A stretch of DNA of 64,000 nucleotides from Oscillospiraceae bacterium (lineage in GTDB: Bacteria > Bacillota > Clostridia > Oscillospirales > Oscillospiraceae), in NCBI GenBank assembly GCA_902795195.1, contig CADBKF010000008.1, positions 17,677 through 81,676 of the forward strand. Direction: 5' to 3'. The position numbers and the translations under genes were made by a program. This document shows positions 43,190-54,823 of the stretch, piece after piece (the first letter of the stretch is position 1; the number at the start of each line of letters is the position of its first letter). The notes under the pieces are model-generated. The model searched no databases and was not told where the DNA came from. It worked only from the letters and a program-made list of their open reading frames with translations.

Positions 43190-43399
43190 TCAGTGGACGG
43201 GCTGGGGCATGTGCTCGTGGAGTCTTTGGAGGCCGATTTCGTACTGCGCCTGCGAGATCGCGTTCCGGACCCGGAGGGTCTCGAGCATCTCCAGTTCACG
43301 CTGATACATCGCGCGCAGCTTCTGCTGGCGGGTCATCCGCTCCCACTCGCGCTGCTGCGCGCTGGGCTGACGCAAATCGGTTGCAACGTCGATTGCCAT
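43190..43399 (-). CDS. small (69 aa) helical protein with SHOCT-like C-terminal motif; function unknown
   Basis: ATG 43399 with GAGGGGG 7 nt upstream. MAIDVATDLRQPSAQQREWERMTRQQKLRAMYQRELEMLETLRVRNAISQAQYEIGLQRL... Confidence 0.55.
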   Translation of the reverse strand: MAIDVATDLRQPSAQQREWERMTRQQKLRAMYQRELEMLETLRVRNAISQAQYEIGLQRLHEHMPQPVH

Positions 43400-43427
43400 T
43401 TGTATTCCCCCTCGATGAACTCTATGT

Positions 43428-43456
43428 ATTATAGCCCATCGAGGGGAAAAAGGCAA
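43428..43456 (-). promoter_or_regulatory. promoter of the 69-aa gene, bracketed by a 10-bp inverted repeat
   Basis: Minus strand TTGCCT (43456..43451), 17 nt, TATAAT (43433..43428). Arms CCCCTCGATG/CATCGAGGGG at 43408..43417 and 43437..43446. Confidence 0.55.
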
Positions 43457-43511
43457 CGGCGAATTGCGGAAAATCCTAGCCAAAAAATTTTTGAAAATCT
43501 GGTGAATCTGC

Positions 43512-46475
<2,964 letters not shown>

Positions 46476-46585
46476 TTATTATACTCCAAATCCGTCCGGA
46501 TTGCAACGGCTGGCGGCTGATTGCCGGGGCTTTTTCTTTTCCTGTGCCGGTTTGTGAAAAAAGTGTGGCGTTTTTCAGAGCATTG

Positions 46586-46594
46586 TGCTATAAT
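46586..46594 (+). promoter_or_regulatory. extended -10 element (TGcTATAAT) upstream of maf
   Basis: TG at 46586..46587, TATAAT at 46589..46594. Followed by a GC-rich leader hairpin CTGCCGCCC...GGGCGGGCAG. Confidence 0.45.
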
Positions 46595-46667
46595 AGATAG
46601 ACTTCACAGGAAACTTGACTGCCGCCCCGCGGAAGGACCGCGTTGGGCGGGCAGAGAAGGACAGAGC

Positions 46668-47255
46668 ATGGCAATCATTCTTGCTTCCAAATCGCCCCGC
46701 CGGCAGGAGCTGCTGCGGCTGCTGGGGCTGGATTTTACGATCATGACCGAGGACGTGGACGAGCGCATGGACCCGGCCCTGCCACCGGCGGGCGAGGTCG
46801 CCCGCGTGAGCGAAAAAAAGGCAGCTGCCGTGCTGCCGCAGGTAGCGCCGGAGGATCTGGTGGTCTGCGCCGACACCATCGTGGTGCTCGGCGGCGAGAT
46901 CATGGGAAAGCCGAAGGATGCATCCGACGCCTACCGGATGCTGGAAAGGCTTTCGGGCAAGGCGCACACGGTCTACACCGCGGTCACGGTCTGCTGCCAC
47001 GGCCGCAGCACCACCCGTGTCGAGGCCACGCAGGTCCATTTCCGGCCTCTGTCCGAGCGCGAGATCCGCGCCTATGTGGCAAGCGGCGAGCCCATGGACA
47101 AGGCCGGCGCCTACGGCATCCAGGGCCGGGCCTCCGTCTTTGTGACGGGGATCGAGGGCGACTACTTCAATGTGATGGGGCTGCCGGTCTGTATGCTGAC
47201 CGGGATGCTCCGCGATTACGGCATTTCCATTCTGGAGGAGGACCGAAATCCTTGA
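46668..47255 (+). CDS. maf: Maf-family nucleoside triphosphate pyrophosphatase / septum formation protein
   Basis: MAIILASKSPRRQELLRLLGL..., DKAGAYGIQG. Start trimmed to ATG 46668. Confidence 0.85.
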   Translation: MAIILASKSPRRQELLRLLGLDFTIMTEDVDERMDPALPPAGEVARVSEKKAAAVLPQVAPEDLVVCADTIVVLGGEIMGKPKDASDAYRMLERLSGKAHTVYTAVTVCCHGRSTTRVEATQVHFRPLSEREIRAYVASGEPMDKAGAYGIQGRASVFVTGIEGDYFNVMGLPVCMLTGMLRDYGISILEEDRNP

Positions 47256-48085
47256 AAAAGAAACTGACTGCAAAGACAAAGGCGATCCTGGCCCTGGCGC
47301 TGGTGCTGGCGGCGGTGGTCACGATCGTCGGCGCGCTGACGCTGGCGACGCCGCCGGGAGAAAACGTCGTGCAGACGATCCTCTCCCCCTTCCGCGCCGC
47401 GGCCAACGCGATCGTGCGGCAGGCCGAGCGCTACTATAATTATATCTTCCAGTACGAGGCGCTGGAGGCCGACAACGAGGCCCTGCGCGCCCGCGTGATG
47501 CAGATGGAGGACGAGATCCGCACCGCCGACGAGCTGCAGCGCGAAAACGAGCGCTTGCGCCAGCTGCTGAATCTGACCAAGGAGCACGAGGACTACGAGC
47601 TGGTCTCGGCCTATATCGTGGCCTGGGAGGAGAGCAACTGGAAGAGCACCTTCACGATCGGCAAGGGCACCAACTCCGGCATCGAGGTAGGCCTGGTCGC
47701 CATCACCGAGTATGGCCAGGTGGTGGGCCTTGTGACGGACGTCGGCCCGAACTGGGCCACAGTCACGACCGTGCTGGACTCGGCCTCCGAGATCAGCGCC
47801 ACCGTCGCCTCCACGGGCTACAACGGCATCGTCGAGGGCGCATACGCCACCGGGCAGGAGGGCCTGCTCCGCATGAGCTACCTGCCGACCGACTCGGTGC
47901 TGCGAAACAACGACCAGGTGCTGACCACCGGCTCGACGGTCTACCCGCGCCGGCTCATCATCGGCTATATCGTGGACGCCGACATCGACGAGACCGGCGT
48001 TGCCAAGTACGCGATCCTGCAGCCCGCCGCCGACTTCGACGACATCGAGCAGGTGTTTATCATCACCAACTACGAGAATCAATAG
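47252..48085 (+). CDS. mreC: rod shape-determining protein MreC
   Basis: TTG 47252 (GGAGGAGGAC 8 nt upstream) overlapping the maf stop. N-terminal TM, a coiled coil (LEADNEALRARVMQMEDEIR), and a C-terminal beta domain. Confidence 0.8.
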   Translation: MKKKLTAKTKAILALALVLAAVVTIVGALTLATPPGENVVQTILSPFRAAANAIVRQAERYYNYIFQYEALEADNEALRARVMQMEDEIRTADELQRENERLRQLLNLTKEHEDYELVSAYIVAWEESNWKSTFTIGKGTNSGIEVGLVAITEYGQVVGLVTDVGPNWATVTTVLDSASEISATVASTGYNGIVEGAYATGQEGLLRMSYLPTDSVLRNNDQVLTTGSTVYPRRLIIGYIVDADIDETGVAKYAILQPAADFDDIEQVFIITNYENQ

Positions 48086-48125
48086 CGCGGCGCGCGATTC
48101 ATTTTCTGCGAAAGGAGGGGCTGCG

Positions 48126-48659
48126 ATGTTTCAGCATTTCCATCTGACCCGGCGGCAGTGGTTCGGCATACTCAAGTGGTCGGTCTATGTGCTGGTGTTT
48201 CTGCTCACGGTCGTGACGCAGTCGGCCATTTTGTCCCGGCTGCGGCCGTTCGGGCTGAAATTCAACGTCGTGCCCATCCTGCTGGTGTGCATCTGCCTGC
48301 GCGAGGGGCCGGAAAAGGGCGGTCTGTTCGTGCTGCTGGGCTCCACCTTCTATGCTCTCTCGGGCGTGGATATGGGCAACGTGTCGCTGCTCGTCGTCAC
48401 GGTGTGCGCGGTGCTGTCTGCTTTTCTCTGCCAGACCGTACTGGCTGACCGCATCATCTCCGCAGCGGTCTGCTGCTTTGCGACGTTGCTCATCAACAGC
48501 AGCCTCATCTTTGCCTACAAGCTGCTGCTCGGGCTCGTGCAGCCACGGAGCTGGCTCACCGTGCTGCTGCCAAGCGCCGCGCTGTCGATGCTCTTTTTTC
48601 CGCTGACCTATCTTCTGGTCAAAGCCATTTCCCGGATCGGAGGCGACCATGGCGTATAA
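48126..48659 (+). CDS. mreD: rod shape-determining protein MreD
   Basis: ATG 48126 after GAAAGGAGGGG. 177-aa polytopic membrane protein located between mreC and PBP2. Confidence 0.7.
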   Translation: MFQHFHLTRRQWFGILKWSVYVLVFLLTVVTQSAILSRLRPFGLKFNVVPILLVCICLREGPEKGGLFVLLGSTFYALSGVDMGNVSLLVVTVCAVLSAFLCQTVLADRIISAAVCCFATLLINSSLIFAYKLLLGLVQPRSWLTVLLPSAALSMLFFPLTYLLVKAISRIGGDHGV

Positions 48660-50721
48660 CACAAGACTGCGGCTGACGCTGTTTCTGCTGCTGTTTGTCG
48701 GGGCGCTGACCTTCTTCACGGTCAGGCTCTACAGCCTGCAGGTGGTCAACAACGAGCAGACCACCTCGGGCTCCGGCACCTTCACCTACGACACCCGCGT
48801 CAGAGCCGCCCGCGGCGAGATCCTCGACCGCAACGGCAACGTGCTGGTCTCCAACCGGGCCAGCTACGACCTCATCATCACCAACTACGCGCTCTTCAAT
48901 GCGCCGGACCCCAACGAGTCGCTGCGGCAGCTCGTGGCGCTCGGCAACGAGCTGGGCGTGGAGTTCACAGACCATCTGCCCATCACGAAGACCAAGCCCT
49001 ACGCCTACACCGAGGCCGCCTCCGTGGGCCGGTGGAGCTATTATTTCAGCGAGTTCCTCAGCCACTACGACTGGGACCCGGACATCGCCGCGCCGCAGCT
49101 GTTCAAGCTCATGCGCGCCCGCTTCCACATCCCCAACGACTGGACCGACGAGGAGGTCCGCGGGGTCATCGGCATCCGCTACGAGCTCGATCTGCGCTAC
49201 TACACGGCGCTTGCCACCTACACGCTGATGGAGGACGTGGACGCCACGCAGCTGGCTGAGCTCATGGAGCTCTCCACGCCCGGCATGAGCGTGATGTCGA
49301 GCACCGTGCGCGAATACAGCACGCAGTACGCCGCCCACATCCTCGGCCGCATCGGCCCGATGGACCCGGACGAGTACGAGGAGCTCAAGGATCAGGGCTA
49401 CGCCATGGACGCCTACGTGGGCAAGGACGGCCTGGAAAAGGTCTTTGAAAAGGAGCTGCACGGCACCGACGGTCTGCTTCGCACCACGGTCGACCGCGAC
49501 GGCAACGTGCTCAACCAGACCTATGTCAAGGCTCCGGTGGCCGGCAACAACGTCGAACTGACGCTGGATATCGACCTGCAGATGTCCACCGAGAAGGCCC
49601 TCGAGGCCACGATCCTGAACCTGCGGGAGACCGGCGTCAACGGCAAGCACGAGGGCGAGGACGCCAAGGGCGGCGCCGCGGTGGTCATCGACGTGCACAC
49701 CGGCGAGGTCCTCGCCTGTGCGAGCTATCCCACCTACGACATTTCCACCTACTCCGAGAACTTCAACGAGCTGGCGGCAGACCCCTACTCTCCTCTGTTC
49801 AACCGGGCGCTCGGCGCAGCCTATCCGCCCGGCTCCACGTTCAAGATGGTCACCTCCATCGCGGCGCTGCAGTCGGACAAGGGCATCACCCGCCTCACGC
49901 CGGTCGAGGACCGCGGCATCTACACCTACTACGACGACTACCAGCCCGCCTGCTACTACTACACAAGCTACCATATGACGCACGGCATCGTGAACGTGGA
50001 AAAGGCGCTGGCCGTGTCCTGCAACTACTATTTCTACGAGGTCGGCCGCATGATCGGCTGGCGGCAGATCGACAAGGTGGCCAAGGCCTTCGGCCTCGGC
50101 GAGAGCACCGGCATCGAGCTGCCCGAGGAGCTTGGCCGCCGCGGCAACCCCGACACCAAGAAGGAGCTCTACGCCGATTATCCGGAGCTGCAGGCCTGGA
50201 CCGGCGGCGACACGCTGTCGCTGGCGATCGGCCAGTCGGAATGCCGCTTTACGCCGCTGCAGCTGGCGGTCTACACCGCCGCGCTGGCCAATGGCGGCAC
50301 CCGCTACCGCGCGACCTTCCTCTCGCGCATCATCTCCTCGGACTATCAGGACCTCATCTACCAGACCGAGCCCGAGGTCATGAGCAAGGTCACGATCACC
50401 GACGAGGCCTACCAGGCCTACACGACCGGCATGCGCATGGCCGTCACCGACGAGAACGGCACGGCAAACAAGGTCTTTGGCGACTACGAGATCCCGGTGT
50501 GCGCCAAGACCGGCACCGCGCAGCACGGCTCGGCCGGCTCGGACCACGCCTCCTATGTCTGCTACGCGCCCGCCGACGACCCGCAGATCGCGATCGCGGT
50601 CTATGTCGAAAACGGCGCCCAGGGCGGCGTTCTGGGCAACGTGGCCAAGGCCATCTTCGACGTCTATTTTGCCACTGTCTACCAAAACGACGTCGTCCAG
50701 CCGGAAAACGCACCCAACTAA
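48649..50721 (+). CDS. mrdA: penicillin-binding protein 2 (class B transpeptidase)
   Basis: N-terminal TM, PBP dimerisation domain, STFK (PGSTFKMVT), SCN and KTGTA motifs. Confidence 0.85.
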   Translation: MAYNTRLRLTLFLLLFVGALTFFTVRLYSLQVVNNEQTTSGSGTFTYDTRVRAARGEILDRNGNVLVSNRASYDLIITNYALFNAPDPNESLRQLVALGNELGVEFTDHLPITKTKPYAYTEAASVGRWSYYFSEFLSHYDWDPDIAAPQLFKLMRARFHIPNDWTDEEVRGVIGIRYELDLRYYTALATYTLMEDVDATQLAELMELSTPGMSVMSSTVREYSTQYAAHILGRIGPMDPDEYEELKDQGYAMDAYVGKDGLEKVFEKELHGTDGLLRTTVDRDGNVLNQTYVKAPVAGNNVELTLDIDLQMSTEKALEATILNLRETGVNGKHEGEDAKGGAAVVIDVHTGEVLACASYPTYDISTYSENFNELAADPYSPLFNRALGAAYPPGSTFKMVTSIAALQSDKGITRLTPVEDRGIYTYYDDYQPACYYYTSYHMTHGIVNVEKALAVSCNYYFYEVGRMIGWRQIDKVAKAFGLGESTGIELPEELGRRGNPDTKKELYADYPELQAWTGGDTLSLAIGQSECRFTPLQLAVYTAALANGGTRYRATFLSRIISSDYQDLIYQTEPEVMSKVTITDEAYQAYTTGMRMAVTDENGTANKVFGDYEIPVCAKTGTAQHGSAGSDHASYVCYAPADDPQIAIAVYVENGAQGGVLGNVAKAIFDVYFATVYQNDVVQPENAPN

Positions 50722-50725
50722 CGCA

Positions 50726-50757
50726 CAGCGGACCCCATTTCGGGGTCCGCTGTTTCA
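50726..50757 (+). terminator. rho-independent terminator after PBP2
   Basis: CAGCGGACCCC-ATTTC-GGGGTCCGCTG TTTC. Confidence 0.75.
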
Positions 50758-50796
50758 TTCCAAATGTAAACATTCAAAGAACATTTCGGAAAAGTG

Positions 50797-50825
50797 TTGC
50801 AAATTGTAACTTTTCATGCTATACT
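50797..50825 (+). promoter_or_regulatory. candidate promoter of the SLH-M15 peptidase gene
   Basis: TTGCAA (50797..50802), 17 nt, TATACT (50820..50825). Confidence 0.55.
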
Positions 50826-50884
50826 GCAAGCATCAAAATCGGCGTGGTCCAACTTGGACGCGCTTTGGGAAGGGAGGTCGTCGG

Positions 50885-52768
50885 ATGCTGCAAAAAAGCC
50901 TGTCGATTTTGCTGGCGGCCGTGCTGCTGTTGGGCTGCATGAGCCCGGTCTTTGCCGAGGAGCCCCAGCCGCATTGGGGTGAGAACGCCCTTGCGCGTAT
51001 GGAAGCGCTCGGTCTCTTCTCCGGGCACTACGGCGAGGATTACCAGCCGGACGACCTCATGACCCGCGCCATGTTCGTGACCGTCCTGGGCCGGATGGTG
51101 GACGCCAATCCAGAATTCTGGGACCGCGACGATCTGACCCTGATCTTCTCCGATGTCGACCCCGACGCCTATTACGCCCCCTACCTCAGCTGGGCGGTGC
51201 ACACCGGCGTGGTCAGCGGCTCCGGCCACGGCCTGTTCGGCCCGGACGAGCTGCTCACACGCGAGCAGATGGCACAGATGATTGCAAACTTCCTGGTGGT
51301 TTCCGGCACGGAGCTGGAGCCGCCCAGCCTGGCAAACGCCCTGCAAACCGGCGCGCAGCCCGAAAACGAGGCCAAGCTGAATGAGCCTGAGCCCGGCCCC
51401 GACACCGAAGCGGCCCCGGCTGAGACCCTGGCGGTCATCACCCCGGAGATGCACGAGGCGGCAGAGGCCGCCCGGGAGACCGAAGCGCCCGCGGAGCAAG
51501 CCTCGGACGGGAGCGCCGCGCCTGAGGACGCGCCTGCCGCACAGTCGGGCCTGGCCCTGCGCACGCGGGACAACAGCCTGCAGAACGTGCACCGGCAGAT
51601 GCTCGGCCAGAAGGAGGCTCCGCTGGAAACCGAGGCCCTGCTCATGGGCTACTTCACCGACGCTGCGGACATCGCCCCCTGGGCCAGAGTCGGCGTCTGC
51701 CTGCTGGTCAGCCAGCATGTGATCGGCGGCCGGCTCAACCCCGACGGCGGCTACCGCTTTGACCCGCAGGACGGCACGACTCGCGCAGAGTGCGCGGTGC
51801 TGATCTGCCGTTTGCTCGATCTGATGCGCCCGGCTGCCCAGGTCCTGCAGGACCCGGTCTCTCTGGTGCTCAACGATTCGTATCTGGAGCTGGAGGTCGA
51901 TGCGCAGACGAATCTGGTCGCCTCCGTGTTCCCGATGGATGTCTCCAACCAGACCGTGGTCTGGTACGCCGAGGACCCCGAGATCCTCTCGGTGGACATT
52001 GACGGCGGCATCGTGGCCCTGGCGCCCGGTGAGACCGTGGTGCACGCGGTGTGCAGCAACCTCATTGAGGAGCTCTGCGTCGTCCGCGTGATGGCCCCGC
52101 CGGAACCCGAGCCCGAGCCCGAAACCGAGGCGCCCACGGAGCCTGAGACCGAAGCGCCTGCAGAAGCTGAAACAGAAGCACCCGCCGAGCCGGAACCGGA
52201 AGCAGCCATCGAAGCGCCCGACGAGCCCGAGACTGTCCGCACGATCGGCAGCGCCGATATGAGCGAGCACGAGAAGGATCTGATGATCTTCGGGCAGGAC
52301 GTGGCCGACCCGCGCCTGTACTACAGCAGCGACGACGCCGCCTTGGCCCACCAGACCGTGATCGTGGTCAAGACCTGGGATCTGGCCGAGGACGGCACCA
52401 AATACACCCGCACCTGGAACCTGCAGGTACACGAGAACATCGCGGCCACCGCGCAGGCGATCTTCGACGAGATCTACGAGCACCCCGAGATGCCGGTCAT
52501 TCACTCCATGGGCGGCTGGCGGCCCAACGCCGGCAAGTCCGAGCATCAGCCCGGTCTGGCCATCGACATCAACTGGCTGGAAAACTACTACTGCGACCCC
52601 AACGGCAAGGCCATCACCGGCTACTACTTCAAGCCGGGCGAGGACCCCTACTCCATCCCCGTTGGCGGCGCGATCGACCAGATCTTCAGCAAATACGGCT
52701 TTATCCGCGGCATCAACTGGCGCAGCGGATATCGCGACTACATGCACTATTCGTTCTACGGAACATAA
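50885..52768 (+). CDS. cell-wall hydrolase: signal peptide - SLH domains - Big_2-like - acidic Pro/Glu linker - M15 (VanY/LAS-type) peptidase domain
   Basis: Start trimmed to ATG 50885 (GGGAGG upstream). SLH-type LMTRAMFVTVLGRM. Big_2-like VVWYAEDPEILSVDIDGGIVALAPGETVVHAV. SEHQPGLAIDIN and DYMHYSF zinc ligand motifs. Confidence 0.75.
   Translation: MLQKSLSILLAAVLLLGCMSPVFAEEPQPHWGENALARMEALGLFSGHYGEDYQPDDLMTRAMFVTVLGRMVDANPEFWDRDDLTLIFSDVDPDAYYAPYLSWAVHTGVVSGSGHGLFGPDELLTREQMAQMIANFLVVSGTELEPPSLANALQTGAQPENEAKLNEPEPGPDTEAAPAETLAVITPEMHEAAEAARETEAPAEQASDGSAAPEDAPAAQSGLALRTRDNSLQNVHRQMLGQKEAPLETEALLMGYFTDAADIAPWARVGVCLLVSQHVIGGRLNPDGGYRFDPQDGTTRAECAVLICRLLDLMRPAAQVLQDPVSLVLNDSYLELEVDAQTNLVASVFPMDVSNQTVVWYAEDPEILSVDIDGGIVALAPGETVVHAVCSNLIEELCVVRVMAPPEPEPEPETEAPTEPETEAPAEAETEAPAEPEPEAAIEAPDEPETVRTIGSADMSEHEKDLMIFGQDVADPRLYYSSDDAALAHQTVIVVKTWDLAEDGTKYTRTWNLQVHENIAATAQAIFDEIYEHPEMPVIHSMGGWRPNAGKSEHQPGLAIDINWLENYYCDPNGKAITGYYFKPGEDPYSIPVGGAIDQIFSKYGFIRGINWRSGYRDYMHYSFYGT
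52121..52192 (+). repeat. 3 x 24-nt tandem coding repeat (ETEAPTEP / ETEAPAEA / ETEAPAEP) in the linker
   Basis: Read directly. Confidence 0.85.
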
Positions 52769-52833
52769 TCGCAACATCATCCGCGCTCCCCGTCCCCCGG
52801 CGGAGAGCGCTTTTCAAAGGCACAGGAGGCACA

Positions 52834-53388
52834 ATGGATTTATTGGAACAGCTGCGGCGCTATGTGCCGTTCAACGAGCAGGAGGCCATGGACCGAGCAG
52901 AGCTCATCCGCCTTTTGGAGTCCGGCGAGGCGCTCTACACCCGCGACAACCGCTCCCGGCATCTGACCGCCTCGTGCTGGGTCGTGAGCCCGGACCGGCA
53001 GAAGGTCCTCATGGCCTACCACAAGATCTACGACTCCTGGGCCTGGCTGGGCGGCCACGCCGACGGCGAGCACGATCTTCTGCAGGTCGCCGCCAGAGAG
53101 CTGCAGGAGGAAAGCGGCCTGCAGCAGGCAAGGCCGGTCTCAGACGAAATCTTTTCCCTGGAAATCCTTACCGTGGACGGCCATGAGAAGCGCGGGCAGT
53201 ACGTCAGCTCCCATCTGCACCTGAATGTGACCTACCTCTTTGAGGCCGATCCGACGCTGCCGCTGCGCAGCAATCCCGACGAGAACGCCGGCGTGGCCTG
53301 GTTCGGCCGGGACGAATGCCTGCAAAAATCCACCGAGCCGTGGTTTTGCAGACGCATATACGGAAAATTGTTGAAAAAATTTCCGTAA
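52834..53388 (+). CDS. NUDIX hydrolase
   Basis: Nudix box GGHADGEHDLLQVAARELQEESGL. AGGAGG RBS. Confidence 0.85.
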   Translation: MDLLEQLRRYVPFNEQEAMDRAELIRLLESGEALYTRDNRSRHLTASCWVVSPDRQKVLMAYHKIYDSWAWLGGHADGEHDLLQVAARELQEESGLQQARPVSDEIFSLEILTVDGHEKRGQYVSSHLHLNVTYLFEADPTLPLRSNPDENAGVAWFGRDECLQKSTEPWFCRRIYGKLLKKFP

Positions 53389-53442
53389 CGCATCTTTTTT
53401 GTGAATTTTTTGAAAATAATCCTTCAAAATGTGAAAAAAAGC

Positions 53443-53471
53443 TTGACCGATTGTTACAAATGTATTAGTAT
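53443..53471 (+). promoter_or_regulatory. candidate promoter of the RHH gene
   Basis: TTGACC (53443..53448), 17 nt, TAGTAT (53466..53471). Confidence 0.5.
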
Positions 53472-53489
53472 AACCCCAGAGGTGATTGT

Positions 53490-53714
53490 ATGAGCCAACC
53501 GGTGTTTCAGATTCCACAGAAAAAGTATGTGGAAGAGTCTGTCGTGATCTCCATGCGCCTGCCCAAGGACATGCTGCGCGACCTGGACGAGGCCGCCAAG
53601 CTGAGCGGCCGTCCTCGCAATGAGGTCCTGTCGCTGGCTCTGGAATTCGCCCTGCATCACATGGTCATCACCCCGGCGGACAAGCCGGTCGTGACCGTGG
53701 CCGGGCGGGAATAG
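53490..53714 (+). CDS. ribbon-helix-helix (CopG-like) small DNA-binding protein
   Basis: VVISMRLPKDMLRDLDEAAKLSGRPRNEVLSLALEFAL has the beta-strand/helix/helix pattern of RHH proteins. 74 aa. No adjacent toxin-like ORF. Confidence 0.65.
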   Translation: MSQPVFQIPQKKYVEESVVISMRLPKDMLRDLDEAAKLSGRPRNEVLSLALEFALHHMVITPADKPVVTVAGRE

Positions 53715-53724
53715 ATCACAAAAA

Positions 53725-53763
53725 ACAGCGCCCCGGGAGCAATCCCGCGGCGCTGTCTCTTTA
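53725..53763 (+). terminator. rho-independent terminator after the RHH gene
   Basis: ACAGCGCC(CCGGGA-GCAA-TCCCG)GGCGCTGT CTCTTT. Confidence 0.7.
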
Positions 53764-53768
53764 TACTA

Positions 53769-53912
53769 GAATGCAATAAAACCATTTATAATGGTTTTAT
53801 TCGTCGAACACTGAAAGCGTTCGACGCTCCGCATGAAATGCGGAGGCATTCGTACGTATTGGCATCTGCGGCGTTCGCCGCAGGCAATAAAACGATTCAA
53901 TCGTTTTATTGC
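53769..53912. other. cluster of five abutting hairpins; the first three are closed by a 6-bp helix into a linker-free four-way junction (candidate structured RNA or DNA element)
   Basis: GAATGC [AATAAAACCATT/AATGGTTTTATT] [CGTCGAAC/GTTCGACG] [CTCCGCAT/ATGCGGAG] GCATTC (53769..53851), then CTGCGGCG/CGCCGCAG (53866..53883) and GCAATAAAACGATT/AATCGTTTTATTGC (53884..53912). The pairings were read directly. Function is unknown. Confidence 0.5.
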
Positions 53913-53928
53913 AGTTCAGTATTATTTT

Positions 53929-54807
53929 TCATATGTTCTTGAGGATCTCCCGGATCTCTTCGGGCGTGAATTTGTACTCTGTGTCGCAGAACTGGCACTC
54001 GATGTTCATCGTCTCGCCCTCGTCTGCCAGGCTCTGCAGCTCCTTGCGGCCCAGGCTGATCAGCGTGCGCTCCACGCGCTCGCGCGTGCAGTAGCAGCGG
54101 TAGCTGACCGGCTCCGGGTCGAAGAATTCGACCGCATCGGTGCCCAGGGCGGCAATCAGCATTTCCTCCAGCGTCATGCCCCGGTCGAGCATGGCCGAGA
54201 CCGGGCCGGCCTGCTCGATCGACTGCTCCAGCCGGCCGATCACGGACTCCGGCGCGCCTGGCAGCAGCTGCAGGATGTAGCCGCCCGCAGCGTGGACGTG
54301 GTAGTCCACGTCCACCAGAACGCCCAGCGCGCAGGCGGACGGGGTCTGCTCGCTCTGGGCAAGGTAGGCCGTCACGTCCTCGCCGATCTCGCCGGAGACC
54401 AGCTTCACCGAGCCCACATAGGGCTCCTTCATCTGCAGGTCGCGGATGACCGTGAGCAGGCCGTCGCTGCCGACGCTCGCGCCGACGTCCAGCTTGCCCT
54501 GGTATTTTTTGACCAGCGGCACCTGCGGGTTGGTCACGTAGCCGCGCACGTTGCCGGCGGCGTCGGACACGCACAGGATCGTGCCGATCGGGCCGCCGCC
54601 CTTGATCTGCAGGGTCAGCGAGCCATTTTCGATCTTCTGCATGTTGCCCAGCATTGAGCAGGCCGACAGGGCTCTGCCCAGGGCAGCGGTTGCGTTGGGG
54701 GTGGTATGGTGGATCTGCCGCGCGCGCTCTGCCAGATCGGTCGAGCGGATGGCCACGGCCTTGACCCAGCCGTCTCGCGTCATGGCGCGTAAAATATGGT
54801 CTGTCAT
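53929..54807 (-). CDS. hslO: Hsp33 redox-regulated chaperone
   Basis: C-terminal zinc centre CYCTRERV...CQFCDTEYKF. 292 aa. Confidence 0.9.
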   Translation of the reverse strand: MTDHILRAMTRDGWVKAVAIRSTDLAERARQIHHTTPNATAALGRALSACSMLGNMQKIENGSLTLQIKGGGPIGTILCVSDAAGNVRGYVTNPQVPLVKKYQGKLDVGASVGSDGLLTVIRDLQMKEPYVGSVKLVSGEIGEDVTAYLAQSEQTPSACALGVLVDVDYHVHAAGGYILQLLPGAPESVIGRLEQSIEQAGPVSAMLDRGMTLEEMLIAALGTDAVEFFDPEPVSYRCYCTRERVERTLISLGRKELQSLADEGETMNIECQFCDTEYKFTPEEIREILKNI

Positions 54808-54823
54808 GTGATTCTCCTATGGT

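Noticed and set aside
53490-53714. RHH protein as the antitoxin of a type II toxin-antitoxin pair
   Set aside because: No toxin-sized ORF follows or precedes it on the same strand. NUDIX lies upstream, separated by its own promoter region, and downstream there is only non-coding hairpin DNA. The gene is called as a stand-alone RHH regulator.
53769-53851. tRNA or tRNA-like gene suggested by the closed stem plus three hairpins
   Set aside because: The arms are 12, 8 and 8 bp with 3-9-nt loops and no junction nucleotides. There is no 7-nt anticodon loop, no T-loop GTTC consensus and no D-arm features, so it is incompatible with a tRNA or tmRNA tRNA-like domain.
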